A stretch of DNA of 64,000 nucleotides from Macrostomum lignano (Eukaryota): contig NIVC01002387.1 in the NCBI GenBank assembly GCA_002269645.1, positions 1-64,000 of the forward strand, in the 5' to 3' direction. Below are positions 56,660-64,000 of the stretch, piece by piece (within the stretch, counting starts at the first letter, position 1; each line of letters starts with the position of its first letter). The notes below the pieces were generated by a model that was not told where the DNA came from, ran no database searches, and was given only the letters and a program-made list of their open reading frames with translations. The position numbers and the translations under genes were made by a program.

Positions 56660-59280
56660 AAAGAAGCGCAATGTCAAACATAGAAGAGCCACCATGTCGA
56701 ACATTAAAGAGCCAACATGTCAAACATAAAAGAGCCACCATGTCAAACCTAAACGAGCCACCATGTCTAATATTTAAGAGGCACCATGTAAAACATATAA
56801 GTGACTTTATGTCAACATAAAAGAGCCACCATTTCGAACATTAAACAGCCACCATTTCGAACATTAAAGAGCCACCATGTCGACCATAAAAGAGCCACTA
56901 TTTCGAACATCAAAGAGCCACTATGTCAAACATAAAAGAGCCAACATGTCAAACATAAAAGAGCCAACATGTCAAACATAAAAGAGCCAACATGTCAAAC
57001 ATGAAGAGCCACCATGTCAAACATTTAGGAGCCACCATGTCAAACATAAATGTGACTTTGTGTCAAACATTAAAGAGCCACCATTTCGAACAATAAAGAG
57101 CCACTATTTCGAACATTAAAGAGCCACCATGTCGAACATAACAGAGCTACCATGTCAAACATTAAAGAGCCACCATGTCAAACATTCAAAAGCCGCATTG
57201 TCAAACATTAAAGAGCCATTATGTCGTACATTAAAGAGCCACCATTTCGAACATTAAAGAGCCACCATGTCGAACATAAAGAGCCACTATTTTGAACATT
57301 AAAAAGCCACCATTTCGAACATAGAAGAGCCACCATGTCGAACATTAAAGAGCCAACATGTCAAACATAAAAGAGCCACCATGTCAAACCTAAACGAGCC
57401 ACCATGTCTAATATTTAAGAGGCACCCTGTAAAACATATAAGTGATTTTATGTCAAACATAAAAGAGCCACCATTTCGAACATTAAACAGCCACCATTTC
57501 GAACATTAAAGAGCCACCATGTCGAACATAAAAGAGCCACTATTTCGAACATTAAAGAGCCACCATTTCGAACATTAAAGAGCCACCATGTCGACCATAA
57601 AAGAGCCACTATTTCGAACATCAAAGAGCCACTATGTCAAACATAAAAGAGCCAACATGTCAAACATAAAAGAGCCAACATGTCAAACATAAAGAGCCAC
57701 CATGTCAAACATAAATGTGACTTTGTGTCAAACATTAAAGAGCCACCATTTCGAACATTAAAGAGCCACCATGTCAAACATGAAAGAGCTATAACATGAA
57801 GAATATTAAAGAGCTACCATGTCAAACATTAAAGAGCCACCATGTCAAACATTCAAAAGCCACATTGTCAAACATTAAAGAGCCATTATGTCGTACATTA
57901 AAGAGCCACCATTTCGAACATTAAAGAGCCACCATGTCAATCATTCAAAAGCCACTATTTTGAACATTAAAAAGCCACCATTTCGAACATTAAAGAGCCA
58001 CCATGTCGAACATAAAAGAGCCACCATGTCAATCATTAAAGAGCCACCATGTCAAACATAAAAGAGCCACCATTTTGAACATTAAAGAGCCACTATGTCA
58101 AACATAAAAGAGCCAACATGTCAGACATTAAAAAAGCCACCGTATCAGATATAAGAGTTACCATGTAGAACAAAAAAGAGCCACCATTTCGAACAAAAAA
58201 GAGCCACCATGTCAAACATGAAAGAGCCACCATGTCAAACACAAAAGAGCCAACATGTCAAACATAAAGAGCCACCATATCAAACATTTAAGAGCCACCC
58301 TGTCGAATATCAAAGAGCCACCATGTCGAACATTAAAGAGCCACCATGTCTAACATTAAAAGTCACCATGCTAAACATTAAAGAGCCACCATATCAAGCA
58401 TAAAAGAGCCACCATGTCAAACCAAAAAGAGCCACCATGTCGAAAATTTAAGAGCCAAAATGTAAAATATAAAAGAGCCACCATGTCAAACCTAAAAGAG
58501 CCACCATGTCGAACATATAAGTGACTTTATGTCAAACATTAAAGAGCCACCATGTAAAACGAAAGAGCCACCATGTTAAACATAATAGAGCCACCATGTA
58601 GAATATTAAAGAGCCACTATGTTGAACATTAAAGAGCCATCATACTGAACATTAAACAGCCACCATGTCAAACCTAAAAGAGCTACCATGTCAACATAAA
58701 AGAGCTACCATGTCAAACATTAAACAGCCATCATGTCAAACCTAAAAGATCCACCATTTCGAACACTTAGGAGCCACAATGTAGAATATTAAAGAGCCAC
58801 CATGTCAAACAAAAGAGCCACCATTTCTAACATTAAAGAGCCTCCATGTCAAACATTTAAGAGCCACCATGTCGAACATAAAAGAGCTATACCATGAAGA
58901 ACATTAAAGAGCCACTTTGTCGATCATTAAAGAGCCACCATGTCAAACATTTAAGAGCCACCATGTCAATTATATATGTGTCTTTATGTCATACATTAAA
59001 GAGCCACCATTTCGAACATTAAGGAGCCACCATGTCAAACATTTAAAAGCCACCTTGTCAAACATTAAATAGCCACTTTGTCGAACATTAAAGGGCCACT
59101 GTGTCAAACATAAAAGAGCCACCAGGTTAAACATTGAAGAGCCACCATGTCAAACAATAAAGAGCCACCATGTCAAACATAAAAGAGCCACCATGTCAGA
59201 CATTAAAAAGCCATCGTTTCAAACATAAAAGAGTTGCCATGTAGAACATAAAAGAGCCACCATGTCAAACATAAAATTTA
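56660..59280. repeat. Degenerate 22-23 bp minisatellite (about 115 copies) inside Helitron unit 2
   Basis: The unit is aaagagccaccatgtc(a/g)aacat(t/a). Confidence 0.95.
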
Positions 59281-59369
59281 CACAATTTCAAACGTAAAAG
59301 TAAGCGAATTTTAAAGGAGCCACTATAATGCTAAGGAAATTGTCGCACTAGCTACTTATTGTCTGGTGA

Positions 59370-60170
59370 ATGCTTGCTATTTGGGGATGCTATCTATGTA
59401 GGGGATGCTTGCTATCTGGGGGATGCTTGCTATCTGGGGGATGCTTGCTATCTGAGGGATGCTTGCTATCTGAGGGATGCTTGCTATCTGGGGGATGCTT
59501 GCTATCTGGGGGATGCTTGCTATCTGAGGGATGCTTGCTATCTGAGGGATGCTTGCTATCTGGGGGATGCTTGCTATCTGGGGATGCTTGCTATCTTGGG
59601 GATACTTGCTATCTGGGGGATGCTTGCTATCTGGGGGATGCTTGCTATCTGGGGGATGCTTGCTATCCGGGGGTTGCTTGCAATCTGGAGGATGCTTGCT
59701 ATCTGGGGGATGCTTGCTATCTGGGGGATGCTTGCTATCTTGGGGATGCTTGCTATCTGGGGGATGCTTGCTATCTGGGGGATGCTTGCTATCTGAGGGA
59801 TGCTTGCTATCTGGGGGATGCTTGCTATCCGGGGTTGCTTGCAATCTGGAGGATGCTTGCTATCTGGGGGATGCTTGCTATCTGGGGGATGCTTGCTATC
59901 TGAGGGATGCTTGCTATCTGGGGGATGCTTGCTATCTGGGGGATGCTTGCTATCTTGGGGATGCTTGCTATCTGGGGGATGCTTGCTATCTTGGGGATGC
60001 TTGCTATCTGAGGGATGCTTGCTATCTGGGGGATGCTTGCTATCTGGGGGATGGTTGCTATCTGAGGGATGCTTGCTATCTGGGGGATGCTTGCTATCTG
60101 GGGGATGCTTGCTATCCGGGGGTTGCTTGCAATCTGGAGGATGCTTGCTCTCTGGGGGATGCTTGCTGTC
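59370..60170. repeat. 18-bp minisatellite (about 44 copies) inside Helitron unit 2
   Basis: The unit is gggggatgcttgctatct. Confidence 0.97.
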
Positions 60171-60339
60171 TTGGAATGATTTCTTTTTGCATTGCACTTC
60201 CTTTGAGTATTTTGTCTGTTTTCTTTGCGAAGGCTTTTTTGGCTATCTTTTTGTTACTTGTAGAGAACAGAGGTTCTATACAGATGTCCCCCAACGGGGG
60301 GCGAAATTTGCTAGTATATTGCTAAACTCTGGTCGCTCC

Positions 60340-60719
60340 CTGACTCTCCCTACGTCCCTTGGATCTTTTAAAATTTCTATCGTCTCTTTGTTTCCTCTCA
60401 TCTCTCTCGTCCCTCATCTCTCCTCTCTCCCCTCTTCTCTCGTATCTTCCCTCATCTCTCTTCTCTTTCATCTCTCTTATCTCATCTCTTGTCTCTTCTT
60501 TTCTCTCTCCTCTCCTCTCTCCTCTCACCCCCTCTTCTCTCTTATCTTCCTTCTCCTCTCTATTCTTTTCTCTCTTCTCTTAACTCTCTCCTCTACTCTC
60601 TCATCTCTCCCCTCTTCTCTCGTCTCTTCCCACACCTCTTTTCTCTCTCGTCTCTGCTCTCTCATCTTTCCTTTCTCTTCTTTTATCTTTTCTCTCTTAT
60701 CTCTTCTCATTTCTCTCTG

Positions 60720-60799
<80 letters not shown>

Positions 60800-61040
60800 G
60801 TCTTTCTCTCTTATCTCTCCTCCTCTCTCTACTCTCTCCCCTCTCCATTCTCCTCTTTCCTCTCCTCTCTCCTCTCGTCTCTTCTCTTCCCTTTTCTATA
60901 CTCTGTCTCCCTCTCTTCTCTCACTCCACTCTCCTCTCTCCCTTATCTCTCATTTCTCATCTCTCCTTCCACATCTCTCATCTCTACAACCTTAGAGATG
61001 TAGAGATGTATCTTTATCTCTTCTCTCTTCCTTTACCCTC
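60340..61040. repeat. CT-rich low-complexity tract including a (CT)n microsatellite
   Basis: The tract is almost all pyrimidines, with a pure (ct)n run at about 60727-60794. Confidence 0.92.
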
Positions 61041-61499
61041 TCATCTCTTCTTTAACCTGTTAAAAGCTTCATGGTGTAACTAATTTAGTAGGATTGCATT
61101 GTAATAAGTTATTCATTAATTTTTCGCTATTTGTACAAACCATCCCGCATCGCCTTGATTTGCCTGTTTGCCATCTACTGTTAAACTGCTGCAGACTTGT
61201 GTCTATACAGAGGACAGTGGTTTGAATCTCACGCTGAAACTGTCTCTCCTCTCCACGCCTCTCCACTCGCGCGGGGGTGCAGAGAAGGCTATTAAAAAGT
61301 TATTCCAAAACACTGTACATTCGCTATGTACATTGAGCCCTATCGCCTGACCCTTCGTCTGGGGGAATGAGTTGGATGAGCGGCAAACAACAGAAAAAGC
61401 AGACAAACTTCACATGCTTACAGTTTCTGTCCTCATTGAGATACAGAGTTGAGACTTTACATTTAGACAGAGAATGAGTCAATGAAGAATTGTGTCAAG

Positions 61500-62013
61500 T
61501 TTGAAGTTAATCGCTTCACGTAGAGCAAACTTATGGCAGCTGAAAGTTAGTCAATTTTGAAACCCTTTTACACATCTGGGCCCAGATCGGGAAAGAGAGG
61601 CAGGCGGGCGGAGGTTGGGGTGGTTGCTACGCTGAAAAAAACAGCCTAACTTTAAAAGTGCACAGCACCGCTCAGGATTAACTTTGAGACTCGAAATTTT
61701 ACATGATTGTGCCAAAATAGTTAAAGATTATCTGTGTCAAACTTGAAGAAAATCGGTAGAAGTGGAGCGGCGCTATGGAGGATTTACTAAAAAAATCTCG
61801 CATTTTGAGCAGTTTTTTGCACTTTTAGGTGGGAAAACTCAAATTTAGGAAATTTAAAGGTAGCCTAAGACATTCTCCGTAGTAAGTTTAGGGTGGGTGT
61901 AAAGTTTGGTGTCATTTGGTTGAGCGGTTTGGGAGTCCATAGCGATCAAAATTTTCCACACACAGACAGACACACACACAGACACACAGAGTTTTGATTT
62001 TTATAGGTTGAGA
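61500..62013 (-). mobile_element. 5' portion of another Helitron-like non-autonomous element
   Basis: The minus strand reads A|TCTCAACCTATAAAAATCAAAACT, compared with TCCAATATACTAAAAATCAAAACT at 46076. A (tg) microsatellite follows, then gctcaacc and ccgattttcttcaa, which are shared with 56128-56146. The 3' end was not found. Confidence 0.55.
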
Positions 62014-62201
62014 TTTAATCTTCTTTGCTACTGAACTAAAAGTACATGTAAAAAACTGTTTTACTGAGTATATATACCTGAGCGGCTCATCTAGTTATTT
62101 TAGTATCTGTGGCCTGACGAGGCTGATACATTTGTTTGTTTGATTTATCGGAGCATACAACACAACAACAAAATACGCTGTCATGATGGTAAAAGTCAGC
62201 G

Positions 62202-62414
62202 TCACAGGGCGCGCTTCATGGCTTGGGCGCGAACAAAGGCCGCGCCACCGGCAGTGTCCGGGGCGCCGGCGTCAGCCAGCAGACAGTCGACATAACGCCG
62301 AGTTCGCGCTTGACCTCGCCGGTAGGGTGCCTGCAGCGTGAGCAGCAGCACCTCCTGCACCGGCTGTGGGCAGTACGACTCGGCGCGGATGAGATAGCCT
62401 GCGAGCTGGAGTCG
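62202..62414 (-). CDS. Probable terminal exon of an unidentified minus-strand gene
   Basis: This is a GC-rich island with the acceptor tgtatgctccag and the frame RLQLAGYLIRAESYCPQPVQEVLLLTLQAPYRRGQARTRRYVDCLLADAGAPDTAGGAAFVRAQAMKRAL to TGA. Its codon usage resembles the other genes here. Upstream exons were not identified. Confidence 0.45.
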   Translation of the reverse strand, partial: RLQLAGYLIRAESYCPQPVQEVLLLTLQAPYRRGQARTRRYVDCLLADAGAPDTAGGAAFVRAQAMKRAL

Positions 62415-64000
62415 CTGGAGCATACAAGCATGACATTTTTATTGAATTTCGATAAGACGTCTGCCTCAATCTGTCATGCTGGCTGTCAAAGTTAACAGAA
62501 AACCGGCAGGTACACTGCGCAATACTCGCCAACTCTGACTGAGTTTAGTGTAAATAATTGGGATGGATTGAATTCATCTGATCAGGTCGTGTTGCTGCAT
62601 CAATGATGTAGCATGAGCAGGATCCGGTAAAGTCTGGTGAATGGCAAATGTAAGTCGCAAGTTAGAATTGGAACAAGCATCTGTTAGACTCAGCAAGATA
62701 CTCGTATTTCCGAAATCATCAAAGATTAAAGTCGCCGCAAATACTCGTACGAGTACATTTATTACGAGCTCGCACAAAAAACTTGGGATTATCTAACAAG
62801 TTTGAGCACACGATCTTTTAAGTCTTTAAGAAACACCTCTAGAAATCTTGCTTAGCCATGTTCATGGGCTACACTCGGGGAAACATGGCTTATGTCGAAG
62901 AACTAGCAGAATCACCCATGAATACCGTAGGAAAGTGTCTGCCCAAGATTTTCAAAAAGATGGCTCCTACGAGTTCTATATCCTGCAGTCCGTCGAACCC
63001 TTTCTTATTGTGACCGAAATCCAATAATCTTTATCTACCGAGACCGTGACTGAGTCAATGTCTTTGATCTGGTATGTGGAGGACTGGAAGTCCAATTGAA
63101 ACAGACAGATGCCGGTCCTATAAGTTACACCCAGCATAAAGAACATAAGACGGATTATCGGTGTCGAATTACCTGAATAATTTAGCTCGTATCTTCTTTG
63201 CAGCTAACGCAAACTGGTTAAAAACTATATCGATTCCATTCAGGTCAATTAGTTCTGCATTGCCGGCAGCAGAATTTCGCATTGGTTGGGAGCACTCCTA
63301 TACCCGAACTGGCAAGTTGTGCAGGAGACTGCTCAAGGTGTTCGGAGATTGGTTAAGGACCTATACCAGCTGCTTAAAATAAGCTAGCAGAAACTAAGAA
63401 AGCAAACCCAAGATACGGAACGACACCAGCTGTTTAATTTATTGTTGTTGATTTCAACCAAGCAAGGCCCAACAGCTATGGCGCAACCAGGCATGTAAGT
63501 CGTACAATGTGGATTTTACAAATCACATCTTGCTGGCGATTTACTCGGGTAGTTTTATTTAAAAAGACTTGCAACAAATTGCAATTGCAATTGATCGTTT
63601 TGAAAGCTGAAAATTATGTCAAAGAACCGAAAAGCTGCTTGTACGAGAGCCAGTTCAGTTGGAAAGTACACTTAACTGTACGAATAAGATTAGCCAATTC
63701 GCTATGAGTCGATAGAGGCATACCTTGTCATGCAATGACTGCAAGGAACAGCCATCAATAAGTTGCTTAGATCAGCGCCAGCTGAAGTAAAAGCAACTAA
63801 GCCTATAAGTTATCAATTGCAAACTTAGAGCAGAAATCTGCATTGCAGACTAATTAAACGAAAAAACAAAATCTACCTCGTGCTACAGGCTAATCAGTGT
63901 CAGCTTTGCCATCCTGGTTTTGATGCTAGTGACAAATGGCACTCACGGACTATTCAATGAGGACAAGAAAGGCTACTACTGGCCTGGCATGTGGAACTTC

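Larger units (their letters stand above)
56064..60314 (+). mobile_element. Non-autonomous Helitron (4.25 kb) made largely of satellite DNA, head-to-tail with unit 1
   Basis: The 5' end is TCCTATATACTAAAAAT, and the first 290 bp or so resemble 46076-46340 (gctaagaaattgc, ttaaatattcgaaaaac, attgcatca). The 3' end has the hairpin cccccaacggggg (60288-60300) and CTAG at 60311-60314, followed by T. Confidence 0.85.

Noticed and set aside
59359-61083. Long ORFs with GDACYL/GGCLLS repeats and a Leu/Ser-rich tail
   Set aside because: They derive from the 18-bp array and the CT-rich tract, and they cross the Helitron boundary.
62500-64000. Scattered short ORFs at the right end
   Set aside because: No recognisable motifs, and the upstream exons for the 62202-62414 segment could not be assigned.

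Overview
This is eukaryotic (animal) genomic DNA with GC-rich exons and introns or spacers packed with minisatellites, MITEs and foldback elements. The style resembles a flatworm such as Macrostomum, but that is an inference only. Three multi-exon host genes can be reconstructed with consistent splice phases: a nucleobindin (minus, 4419-11359), a secreted LRR-Ig protein with a probable GPI signal (minus, 14479-20788) and a DUF1399/GRDP-like protein with a Cys-Gly tail (plus, 37010-43383). The most striking structure is a 14.2-kb composite Helitron insertion (46075-60314). It sits at an A^T site whose empty-site sequence can be read from an adjacent 73-bp duplication. Its first unit (46075-56063) carries a 9-exon STPR-OTU-Rep-PIF1 gene of about 1750 aa with two 1-nt frameshifts, and the OTU protease sits on its own symmetric exon. 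Its second unit (56064-60314) is joined head-to-tail, is non-coding and is mostly satellite DNA. The window also holds several hAT-type and Mutator-type MITEs with visible target-site duplications, mariner/Tc1 relics, a tRNA-derived SINE and two weakly supported orphan coding segments. There are no CRISPR arrays, rRNA or bona fide tRNA genes. All coordinates were read by eye, and array boundaries are approximate.
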